Source: an uncultured Gemmatimonadota bacterium (GTDB lineage: Bacteria > JAAXHH01). Taken from it: a DNA stretch of 64,000 nt. The notes under the pieces are model-generated. The model was given only the letters and a program-made list of their open reading frames with translations. It searched no databases and was not told the DNA's origin. Numbering within the stretch: position 1 is the stretch's first letter; every line of letters begins with the position of its first letter. The stretch lies in NCBI GenBank assembly GCA_951812955.1, contig OX638340.1:1952001-2016000 (forward strand), read 5' to 3'. Both the position numbers and the translations under genes were made by a program. Positions 1 to 8,158 of the stretch are shown here, piece by piece.

Positions 1-244
1 TTACTCGATGAGGGCGATCAAGTTTTTAACCACAGGCGACCGGTCCCGATGGCGTTCAAGATGCCATAGTGGACCAGCTCTACGAGCAGATCGGACGCTT
101 GAAGATGGAACTGAAGTGGCTAAAAAAGTTGCCCTTTCAACGCGTCACAGACGCCTGATGATCGATGTCGATACGCCTCGGCTTTCCATACGCTGTCATT
201 GCGAACTGATGGATCTTTCAAGGTCCAGCTTCTACCAAGAATAG
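1..244 (+). mobile_element. IS3-family transposase remnant: 3' end of orfA (frame ending at the TGA at 156-158), A_AAA_AAG slippery heptamer at 122-128, and only the first ~38 codons of the -1 frame orfB before a stop at 242-244
   Basis: The orfA-frame translation '...DQLYEQIGRLKMELKWLKKLPFQ' is the leucine-zipper C-terminus typical of IS3 OrfA. The -1 frame gives 'RLSIRCHCELMDLSRSSFYQE', which matches the conserved IS3 OrfB N-terminus (L-S-x-R-x-x-C-E-L-L-G-x-S-R-S-x-Y-Y). The canonical A6G frameshift motif sits exactly between the two frames. orfB is cut off where the sequence turns AT-rich. Confidence 0.55.
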
Positions 245-273
245 GACTTGCATAACATTAGCATGTCGGGCAG

Positions 274-1062
274 TTACAATGTATTACGGATCCTGTTCGC
301 TATACACTTGAATACCCATTCATTAGGATGGAGTTCATCATCCCAGAAATTCTTGTAATGACCTGGACTGTTACTAAGAAGATCACGAACATCTACGTAA
401 CGTACATAGTCATAGTTTACTGCCAACAACTGAAGCATTTCGTTGAACTTGTCTATCAGTACCTCCATCACCCTGGTAGCAAACCAAAGGTCATCGTGAC
501 TTTTTTTAATATTGTATCCCTTTTTCCTGAATACCGGATAGAGCCAAGGCCCCTTTACCTTTATCCAAAACTTGAACTTGCGTCCATCGGGAACTGGGTG
601 GCCATATCCATGGACGATTATCGGAATATCACTTTGGGGCCAATACACTAAACAAGCTCCCCTTATAACTTCGATAAGTTGCGAGTAGTAAGTACGAAGA
701 TAGCAGAATATCATTTTCTGGACTTCATTCGTGTCTAACGCACTATTTACATCTGATGCTGATGTACGATCGTTAAGCATTTTCTTCAGCTTCTTTGTCA
801 GATCATTGCCGCCACCGGAGAGGAGGACTGCTTTGGGTTTGCTATTGAGTTTGTGTAGTTTTTGTAGTTTTTTAAGAAGGGCTTTGTGTTGTTCTTGTGC
901 ATAGGCCATATCCTTGAGCGTGTCACCGTGTTTAGCTACACTTCTCACTTTGTATCCCATGCCCCTTAACCCCTCTAATACATCATCAGCTTGATTTGTA
1001 GAGTTTGGCAAATCGAACCATGAATCACCCTCCGCTACCAAGATTGGTTTTTGATTTGGCAT
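274..1062 (-). CDS. SGNH/GDSL-family hydrolase (lipase/esterase-like) in an AT-rich (~40% GC) islet
   Basis: Block I 'EGDSWFD' (GDS-x), block III 'SGGGNDL' and block V 'DDELHP' (DxxH) are present in the expected order. Composition is strongly atypical versus the ~65% GC of the rest of the window. Confidence 0.6.
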   Translation of the reverse strand: MPNQKPILVAEGDSWFDLPNSTNQADDVLEGLRGMGYKVRSVAKHGDTLKDMAYAQEQHKALLKKLQKLHKLNSKPKAVLLSGGGNDLTKKLKKMLNDRTSASDVNSALDTNEVQKMIFCYLRTYYSQLIEVIRGACLVYWPQSDIPIIVHGYGHPVPDGRKFKFWIKVKGPWLYPVFRKKGYNIKKSHDDLWFATRVMEVLIDKFNEMLQLLAVNYDYVRYVDVRDLLSNSPGHYKNFWDDELHPNEWVFKCIANRIRNTL

Positions 1063-1184
1063 GTTAGTTCTCCTCTATAGGTGGATTACTATAGGAACCT
1101 CTGATCAAGTCTACCCGCCCCGGGGAAGCTGATGTCACTCATCTTTCGCGGACGGTTTACGGTTAGATATTCAGATTGATTCCT

Positions 1185-1532
1185 TTAGTACAGATCGACC
1201 CGGAAGGCGCCTCGCGTCAAGGCCTCCTGCAGTCTCGTCTGGTGGCTGCGATGACGCGGATGTCCGATGATACTGCCCGGACGCTTCCCAAGGGACGATA
1301 GGTCTTCTCGGAGAGGACCCGCAGCGTGGATCGCCTTGGCGATCAGTTCCTTGCCGGCCCCCGTTTCGCCCGTGATCAATACGGGCATATCCTTTGATGC
1401 GTAACGGTAGGCTCTCGCCGGGATCCATTTCATCTCGTGGCTCCTGTGCTTGATCGCATCGAAGGCGCCGTGCGCTTCATGCCCTTGCGCTGGTTCCGGC
1501 GGATTCTGGCTCGTCATCAGGGAGTACGCCAT
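1185..1532 (-). pseudogene. Fragment of a sigma-54-dependent (NtrC-family AAA+) transcriptional activator, truncated and decayed
   Basis: The 115-aa ORF contains the Walker A region 'VLITGETGAGKELIAKAIH' of the sigma54-interaction domain. It has no N-terminal receiver/sensor domain. After the P-loop the sequence degenerates ('...GHPRHRSHQTRLQEALTRGAFR' loosely recalls ELFGHEKGAFTGA) and ends early. There is no C-terminal HTH. Confidence 0.45.
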
Positions 1533-1860
1533 GGTTGCTCCGGATTAAGGCAGGTAAACCTAGCAAAAATCGGACCCGGTATTTTCGTGTTTTTCATGTA
1601 AAGTGGTATGAATTACAATATGATGGAAAAAGAGTGACTTGTGTGTGAATTATCCGCTCAGCAAGAAGAATATTGCGCGAATTTTACGCATAGTGTATCA
1701 TATCGCCATCACGGCCAGCTCTCGATCGGCCTCCGGCGGGCATTCCAGCGCGTCCGCCCAACCTGAGCGTTTCACCCTCAGAAGGCGATCTATCCGGCCG
1801 GCCTCCGACGGGCGTTCCGGCGAGTCGACCTCCGGCCGCAGGAGCGCCGCATGCCGCAGG

Positions 1861-1899
1861 GATCACGGGCAAGGGTCACGGGCAAGGGTCACGGGAAGG
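1861..1899. repeat. Three tandem 13-bp direct repeats (GaTCACGGGCAAG / GGTCACGGGCAAG / GGTCACGGGAAGG) 30-70 bp upstream of the HK-RR fusion gene
   Basis: Read directly from the sequence. Further short direct repeats lie at 1729-1756/1800-1826 (GGCCTCCGrCGGGCrTTCC) and 1927-1937/1945-1955 (CGGTGAAGCGT). Confidence 0.7.
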
Positions 1900-1929
1900 A
1901 TGGATCTGTGACACGGAAAGGATGGACCG

Positions 1930-4305
1930 GTGAAGCGTGATACATCGGTGAAGCGTAAAGACGGACCGGGGCGGGAGATCGAGGCGCTGCGCGAACGCAT
2001 CTCGATGCTGAGCGCGGCAAGCCTGCGCATCAGCGCGAGCCTGGACCTGGAGACCGTCCTGCACGAGGTCATCAACAGCGCCCGCGCGCTGATCGAGGCT
2101 CGTTACGGCGGCATCGTCACCATCGACGAGTCCGGGCAGCCCCGGGACTTCATCACCTCCGGTTTCACCGACGCGGAGCACCGCCAAATGGCCGACTGGC
2201 CCGACGGGCCCAGGCTCTTCGAGCACTTCCGCGACCTCAAGGGCGTGCTGAGACTGCCGGATGCGCGCGCCTACGTGCGCTCGCTCGGCTTCGCCTCGGA
2301 CCGGCTGTCGTCCGGCACCTTCCTGGGCACCCCGATGCGCCATCGCGGCCTGCACGTCGGCAACTTCTATCTCGTCGAGAAGGAAGGCGGAGCGGAGTTC
2401 ACCAGCGAGGACGAGGAGATCCTGGTGCTGTTCGCCTCCCAGGCTGCGACGGCCATCGCCAATGCCCGCACGTACCAGGCCGAGCAGCGCGCCCGGGCCG
2501 ACCTGGAGGCCCTGGTCGAGACCTCGCCGGTGGGCGTCCTGGTCTTCGATGCCGGGACCGGCCGGCTCATGTCGTCCAATCAGGAGGCGAAGCGGATCGT
2601 GGAGGGCCTGCGCATGCCGGGCCGTCCCATGGAGGCGCTGCAGGAGGTGATCACCTGCCGGCGCGCCGACGGGCGCGAGATCGCACTGGAGAAGTTGCCC
2701 CTGTCGCAGGTGCTGAACCGCACCGAGACGGTCCGGGCCGAGGAGATGGTGCTCTCGGTCCCCGACGGACGAAGCGTCACGGCGCTGATCAATTCCACGC
2801 CGATCCACTCGGAGCAAGGCGCTGTCGTGTCCGTTGTGGTCACCATGCAGGACCTGGCGCCGCTACAGGAACTGGAGCGATTACGGGCGGAGTTCCTTGG
2901 CCTGGTGAGTCATGAGTTGCGCACCCCGCTCACGTCGATCAAGGGCTCGGCGGCCACGCTGCTGGATGCCGCCCCGAAACTCGACCCGGCGGAGATGCGC
3001 GAGTTCTGCCGCATCATCCTCTCGCAGGCCGATCACATGCGCGTCCTGATCAGCGACCTGCTGGACGCGGGCCGCATCGACACGGGCACGCTGTCGGTGA
3101 CGCCCGAGCCCTCCGAGGTCGCCGCCCTGGTGGACCGGGCGCGGACCACGTTCCAGAGCGGCGGCGGCAGGCACCCCGTACTGATCGACCTGCCGCCCGA
3201 TCTGCCACGGGTCATGGCCGACCGGCAGCGCATCGAACAAGTGCTGAACAACCTGTTCGCCAATGCCGCGCGGCACGCTCCCGAGTCCTCTCCCATCAGG
3301 GTCTCCGGGGCGCGCGACGGGGTGCATGTCGCGGTCACGGTACGCGACGAAGGCGCGGGAGTAGCGCCCGACCGGCTCCCGCATCTCTTTCGGAAATATG
3401 CCGGGCTCGAGGGCGGCGACCGCGAGTCCGGGGCTGCCGGCTCGGGGCTCGGTCTGGCCATCTGCAAAGGGCTGGTCGAAACTCACGGAGGGCGTATCCG
3501 GGCCGAAAGTCCGGGCATGGGCCAGGGCACGCGCATCACCTTCACGATCCCGGTAGCCGCCGAGGCCGCCGAGGCCGCCCGAGAGCCGGTTCGTACCGAC
3601 CCGCAAGACACCGGAGAAACTGGCGAGCCGACGCGCATCCTCGTGGTCGACGACGACCCGCAGACGCTACGCTACGTGCGCGAAGCGCTCACGGCGGCCG
3701 GCTACTCCGCGCTCGTGACCAGCAACCATGACGAACTGGCGAGCATTATACACGCCGAGCGACCCGAACTGGTCCTGCTGGACCTGCTGCTGCCCGGCAC
3801 GGACGGTATAGCGTTGATGGAACGCCTGCCCGAACTGGCCGAACTTCCGGTCATCTTCATCTCCGCCTACGGACGGGACGAGACCATCGCGCGGGCGCTC
3901 GATACCGGCGCCGCCGACTACCTCGTCAAGCCCTTCTCGACGACCGAGCTCGTGGCGCGGATCCGGGCGGCGCTGCACAGACGGGCCGATCCCGACCCCT
4001 TCGTGCTGGGCGAACTCGCCATCCACTACGATCGGCGAAGGGTGAGCACAGGCGGTGTACGGGTCGACCTCACCGCCACCGAGTATGAGCTGCTGCGCGT
4101 CCTCTCGCTCAACGCGGGACGGGTTTTGACCTTCGCCACCCTGATGCGCCAGGTCTGGGGTACGCGCGCCTACGCCAATCCGAAGCTCGTGCGCGCCTTC
4201 GTCAAGAAGCTCCGCCACAAGCTCGGCGACAATGCAGACAAGCCTATCTACATCTTCAACGAGCGCGGGGTCGGCTACCGAATGGCCCAGCCGGCCGAAT
4301 CGTAG
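1930..4305 (+). CDS. Hybrid sensor histidine kinase fused to a complete OmpR-type response regulator (GAF - PAS - HisKA - HATPase_c - REC - winged-helix Trans_reg_C)
   Basis: The H-box is 'LVSHELRTPLTSIKGSA'. ATPase motifs are 'NLFANAARH', 'VRDEGAGV' and 'GSGLGLAICKGLVE'. The receiver 'ILVVDDDPQ...LVLLDLLLPGTDG...YLVKPF' has the acidic pocket and the Lys. The C-terminus 'LTATEYELLRVLSLNAGRVLTFATLMRQVWG...YIFNERGVGYRM' is an OmpR/PhoB wHTH. A GTG start was chosen by the ORF track; an in-frame Met start further downstream is possible. Confidence 0.8.
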   Translation: MKRDTSVKRKDGPGREIEALRERISMLSAASLRISASLDLETVLHEVINSARALIEARYGGIVTIDESGQPRDFITSGFTDAEHRQMADWPDGPRLFEHFRDLKGVLRLPDARAYVRSLGFASDRLSSGTFLGTPMRHRGLHVGNFYLVEKEGGAEFTSEDEEILVLFASQAATAIANARTYQAEQRARADLEALVETSPVGVLVFDAGTGRLMSSNQEAKRIVEGLRMPGRPMEALQEVITCRRADGREIALEKLPLSQVLNRTETVRAEEMVLSVPDGRSVTALINSTPIHSEQGAVVSVVVTMQDLAPLQELERLRAEFLGLVSHELRTPLTSIKGSAATLLDAAPKLDPAEMREFCRIILSQADHMRVLISDLLDAGRIDTGTLSVTPEPSEVAALVDRARTTFQSGGGRHPVLIDLPPDLPRVMADRQRIEQVLNNLFANAARHAPESSPIRVSGARDGVHVAVTVRDEGAGVAPDRLPHLFRKYAGLEGGDRESGAAGSGLGLAICKGLVETHGGRIRAESPGMGQGTRITFTIPVAAEAAEAAREPVRTDPQDTGETGEPTRILVVDDDPQTLRYVREALTAAGYSALVTSNHDELASIIHAERPELVLLDLLLPGTDGIALMERLPELAELPVIFISAYGRDETIARALDTGAADYLVKPFSTTELVARIRAALHRRADPDPFVLGELAIHYDRRRVSTGGVRVDLTATEYELLRVLSLNAGRVLTFATLMRQVWGTRAYANPKLVRAFVKKLRHKLGDNADKPIYIFNERGVGYRMAQPAES

Positions 4306-4388
4306 ACACCTTCTGTTTCCCGGCAAGGCGAGCAGGACGCGAAGAGCGGAGATCAGAGTCCCTCAGGGAAGGCAAAAGTCCGCAGCCT

Positions 4389-5201
4389 TTAAACCCGCTT
4401 CTTCCGACCCACCAGGACCAGGTTCGCCGGCATTTTCTCAAGCGGCGCGCCGCCCTCCCAGTCCTGGTTCCCGTCACCGTACTCCTCCACGGCCAGGAGT
4501 TCGCATCCACTCTCGATCAGCGCGCGGATCATGTCCGAAACGGTCCAGTGGAATTCATAACTGGGGAGCGGACTGGGCGGTCCTTGGCGTCCTTGCGTAC
4601 CGGACGGCCCCGCACCCTCGGGCAGTTCCTCTGACCGGTCATAGGTAAAGGGACCGTGGTCGAAGTAATGATATTCCTGTTTCAGCGGCCCGGCGTCGAG
4701 TTTCCATAGCCTGCGGAACGGATGGTACTCGTTGACCATGAAGAGTCCGCCGTGTTTGAGAATCCGGATTCCCTCGCCGTAGTAGCGCTGCAGGTCGGAC
4801 ACCCAGACAGCAACGTGGCCTCCCGTGTAAACGATGTCGAAATGATCGTCCGGCAGTTCGTGCAGATCAGTCACGTCAGCCTGGAGAAACCGGATCGAGA
4901 GTCCAAGCTCACCCGCTCTTCCGGCGGCGATATCCAGCTGGGTCTGCGATATATCCACGGAGGTGACCCGCGCCCCGGCACCGGCCAGGGCAAAGGCCGC
5001 CAGGTTGTCTCCGCTGCCGAGCACGCAGACGGACCTTCCGGATACCTCGCCGAGGTATTTCAATTCGACGGCGTCCAGCACAAGATGGATGTTGTCCGGG
5101 ATGCTCCGCCAGTCCACCCTGGCGTCGATCTCCGCCTGCCATCCGGCGGAAACGGCGTCCCAGCCCCTGCGATTCGCCTCGTGCATGGGATGCTGGCTCA
5201 T
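4389..5201 (-). CDS. Class I SAM-dependent methyltransferase
   Basis: Motif I 'VCVLGSGDNLAAFALAGAGARVTSVDIS' is present, along with a post-I acidic residue and an overall Rossmann MTase layout. Confidence 0.6.
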   Translation of the reverse strand: MSQHPMHEANRRGWDAVSAGWQAEIDARVDWRSIPDNIHLVLDAVELKYLGEVSGRSVCVLGSGDNLAAFALAGAGARVTSVDISQTQLDIAAGRAGELGLSIRFLQADVTDLHELPDDHFDIVYTGGHVAVWVSDLQRYYGEGIRILKHGGLFMVNEYHPFRRLWKLDAGPLKQEYHYFDHGPFTYDRSEELPEGAGPSGTQGRQGPPSPLPSYEFHWTVSDMIRALIESGCELLAVEEYGDGNQDWEGGAPLEKMPANLVLVGRKKRV

Positions 5202-5374
5202 TTACTTAAATCCTCCCAGCGACATCGATCCGCCCAGAGCTCTCCCGATTCAGGCACGCTGGTTCAGGGCCCTCCCGGTTCAGGCTCTCCCGCTCAGGGC
5301 CCGCTCGAGTCAGGGTCCGCCTGGCTTGACCCAGGTACTCCCGACTCAGGCACGCAGCCTCAGGTCCGCGCGGC

Positions 5375-6157
5375 TCAGACTCTCCTGGCTACCCACACTT
5401 GCTCATGTCCATGCCGGAACGGTCCGCGTCGGAAGTCGCCGTATAGTGCCTCGACTTCGTAGCCACATACTTCGAGGAGGTACTGCATTTCGAAACGGTG
5501 CACGTAGCGCAGGTGTAGCGGGGTGGCAGTCTTCGAAAGTACACGGCCCTCGTCGTCCACTTCCTCGAAGAACCGGTGTTCCTCCAGCGTCTGCTCCAAC
5601 GGATCGTACCGGCGCGTATCCGATACCATGACGCGGCGTCCCGTTTCAGGATGCACGATCGATTCCATGTAATTGATGGTACCGGAAGGTCTCGACATGT
5701 ACGCCGCGATGATCTCGATGCTCGGATCGAAGATGTTGAACACCAGGCGCCCTTGCTCCGTCAGGTGTTCTCGGATGCGGGTCAAGGCCCGCCGCTGGTC
5801 GTCGGGGGTCATCATGTGAAGGAACGCGCGGTACGGTATGATGGCCAGCGGGAAACGCCGTTCCAGGCTGAATGTCCGCATATCGCCTTCGACGATCTGA
5901 ATGCGCCGCTGTGTATCGTCCGGCAGCGCGTCGATCTTCCGACGCGCCACATCCAGCATCGCCGGCGCCCGATCCAGTCCGACGATGGACGTACCCGACT
6001 CGGCGATCGGGATCGTGATCCGGCCGGTTCCGCAACCGATTTCCAGCACGGGGCCGTCCGCCCTGGCGGCTTCTTCCACGTAGAATGCCTCGTCGCCTTC
6101 GAGCCCCGTCGAGTAGCTGTCGTATATCCCGGCGTCCGTCCTGTCGTATTCTGACAT
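5375..6157 (-). CDS. Class I SAM-dependent methyltransferase (second, adjacent paralog-like)
   Basis: Motif I is 'VLEIGCGTGRITIPIAESGTSIVGLDRAPAML', and motif II 'IQIVEGDM' is present. Confidence 0.6.
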   Translation of the reverse strand: MSEYDRTDAGIYDSYSTGLEGDEAFYVEEAARADGPVLEIGCGTGRITIPIAESGTSIVGLDRAPAMLDVARRKIDALPDDTQRRIQIVEGDMRTFSLERRFPLAIIPYRAFLHMMTPDDQRRALTRIREHLTEQGRLVFNIFDPSIEIIAAYMSRPSGTINYMESIVHPETGRRVMVSDTRRYDPLEQTLEEHRFFEEVDDEGRVLSKTATPLHLRYVHRFEMQYLLEVCGYEVEALYGDFRRGPFRHGHEQVWVARRV

Positions 6158-6383
6158 GTCCTGCCCTCCCGGAAAACTGGCTTTATCTTTGCCAAATCAC
6201 TTGTATGCGCAACGTCATTGCTACAGCACACCATGCTGGATGCAGGATACCCGCGATCCACTTCCAGCGTACCGAACTCGTTATACCAAATTATACCGGT
6301 TGATTTCGCTATTGTCCCGGTTTTACTTCAGTTGAAGTCTGCCCAATTGCCTACATCAGTCACGCCACGGCCAAGGATCATTT

Positions 6384-7346
6384 ATGCCAGACCGACAACG
6401 CATTGTAATACCCGGTGACGATCCGCCCCAGATGCAGGGATCACCCCACCTGGAACGCCTTGAGGCTTACGGAGAAGTCGTCCTGTACACCGATCGTCCC
6501 GAGACTTCTGATGAGAAAATCGAGCGGGTCAAGGGCGCCGGGGTGATGATCAATTCCCGGGGACTCGTCAAATGGCCCGGTGACGTCCTGCGTTCGCTGC
6601 CGGATCTCCGCATGATCGCGACTTGTTCGATCGGCGTCGACAGTTTCGATCTTGTCGCGGCGCGGGAATGCGGCATCGCCATATCCAACCAACCGGGACG
6701 GACGGCGCCGGTCGTGGCGGAACATACCTTCGGCCTGATGTTCGCCCTCGCGAAGAGAGCGGCGTACTTCACGGGCGCCATGAAAGCCGGCCAATGGCCG
6801 CGACTGGACGCCTACTACCTAAAGGGGAAGACGCTCGGGGTCATCGGAACGGGTCCAATCGGATCGGAGTTGGCGAAGCTGGCGGGCAGCGTGGGGATGG
6901 ACGTGATCGCCTGGACGTACAACCCGTCGGACGAAAGGGCCAGGGAGATCGGGGCGGCCTACGTGGAACTCGACGAACTATTGAGCAGGTCGGACGTGGT
7001 GTCGCTGCATGTCAGGCTTACGGAGGATAGCAGGCACATGATCGACAGTGCATCGCTGGGAAGCATGAAACCGGGCGCGCTGCTGATCAACTGCGGCCGG
7101 GGAGGCCTGGTGGATACGGACGCGCTGGTGGAAGCGCTGAGCTCGGGGCATCTGGGCGGCGCAGCCCTGGACGTCTTCGAGGAAGAGCCCCTGCCCGCGG
7201 ATCATCCCCTGCTCGGCATGGAGCAGGTCGTGCTCACCCCGCACTGCGCGGACATGACGCCCGAAGGGGTCGAACTGCTCAACGAAGGCGCGGTGGACAA
7301 CGTCATCGCATTTCTCGAAGGTCGTCCCCGGAACCTGGTGGTCTGA
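6384..7346 (+). CDS. D-isomer-specific 2-hydroxyacid dehydrogenase family (phosphoglycerate dehydrogenase/hydroxypyruvate reductase-like)
   Basis: The NAD-binding motif is 'GKTLGVIGTGPIGSELAKLAG'. The catalytic region is 'LINCGRGGLVDTDALVEAL ... LDVFEEEP ... LTPHCA' (His/Glu/Arg triad context). Confidence 0.75.
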   Translation: MPDRQRIVIPGDDPPQMQGSPHLERLEAYGEVVLYTDRPETSDEKIERVKGAGVMINSRGLVKWPGDVLRSLPDLRMIATCSIGVDSFDLVAARECGIAISNQPGRTAPVVAEHTFGLMFALAKRAAYFTGAMKAGQWPRLDAYYLKGKTLGVIGTGPIGSELAKLAGSVGMDVIAWTYNPSDERAREIGAAYVELDELLSRSDVVSLHVRLTEDSRHMIDSASLGSMKPGALLINCGRGGLVDTDALVEALSSGHLGGAALDVFEEEPLPADHPLLGMEQVVLTPHCADMTPEGVELLNEGAVDNVIAFLEGRPRNLVV

Positions 7347-7403
7347 GTGGTCTGCGTGGTCTGAGCAATCCGCGGTACGCAGTGGTCCGAAAACCGGTAC
7401 CGG

Positions 7404-7805
7404 TCACTCCGGCGCCCGGTGCCGCAACTCCCGGCCCTTGTCCGGGGTGGGGTCCTCGACCATACCATACATCTGCCGGCCCTCGTGGTCCTCGGGAAGA
7501 TACTCCGTGATCGGCAGTCCCTCGGGTGTCACGAATAGCAGGCAGTGACAGTACTTCCAGATCTTCATCTCGTCGCAGGCGCAGACCCATTCGCGGCTGC
7601 GTTCCAGTTCGGCCTTCTTGTCGGGATAGAAATTGCACGGGCACAGGGGCCGTCCCAGTTCGTCCACGTGGGCGGCGAGCCCCTTGACCACGGAATCCTT
7701 CACTTCCGCGTTCGGATGGGGCGAGGTGCCGGTTTTCTCCCAATACTTCTCGCAGTATTTCTCCATGCGCCGCATGCTTTTCTCGGAAGGTTGCTGTTCG
7801 TTCAT
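7404..7805 (-). CDS. Ferredoxin-thioredoxin reductase catalytic (beta) subunit-like protein
   Basis: The spacing 'LCPCNFY...WVCACDEMKIWKYCHCLLF' reproduces the CPC / CxC / CHC signature of FTR catalytic subunits (FeThRed_B). Size is 133 aa. Confidence 0.65.
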   Translation of the reverse strand: MNEQQPSEKSMRRMEKYCEKYWEKTGTSPHPNAEVKDSVVKGLAAHVDELGRPLCPCNFYPDKKAELERSREWVCACDEMKIWKYCHCLLFVTPEGLPITEYLPEDHEGRQMYGMVEDPTPDKGRELRHRAPE

Positions 7806-8061
7806 TTACCGCTCCTTGTATGGGTAACGCTTCCCGGTACTCCTACAGATCGTCGGCCCTTTCAATCTGAATATAATCTATTCTTACCTCCCCTTCATGT
7901 CAATCGGTCCGTGCCAGGATCCGTGGAATGACAGCGCCCTGAAAAACCGCGCCGGGAATTGCGAATCCGCAGAACGATTTGCAGTCCGCGAAGCCGACGA
8001 GTCGTCGAAAATCCCCGCCGACAGACTCGTCGTCAAAAAACCAATTTTTTGTGGATTTGTA

Positions 8062-8090
8062 TTGACTTTGTTAGCGACGCGGCATATCGT
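8062..8090 (+). promoter_or_regulatory. Candidate sigma70-type promoter for the act operon (TTGACT-N17-TATCGT); an inverted repeat (7994-8034) and TTTGTCGA direct repeats lie nearby
   Basis: Sequence match only, ~70 bp upstream of actA. No experimental support. Confidence 0.25.
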
Positions 8091-8158
8091 GTACAACTGT
8101 TTGTCGAATACCGTTCATTTGTCGAGAAACGTAACAGAAAGAGATAGAACGAGTTCTT

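Noticed and set aside
8-244. 78-aa ORF at the window start treated as a stand-alone CDS
   Set aside because: Its sequence is the truncated N-terminus of an IS3 OrfB reached only via the upstream frameshift site. It is not an independent gene.
1861-1899. Possible CRISPR-like array from the short tandem repeats (also 62652-62715)
   Set aside because: The units are 13-15 bp with no unique spacers of CRISPR length and no cas genes nearby. They are far more consistent with protein-binding direct repeats.
1876-2817. 313-aa ORF on the minus strand antisense to the histidine-kinase gene (and similar long antisense ORFs such as 2881-3606 and 3667-4326)
   Set aside because: Typical high-GC shadow ORFs. 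They are Arg/Gly/Pro/Ala-rich with low complexity and no motifs. The sense-strand gene has clear domain signatures.
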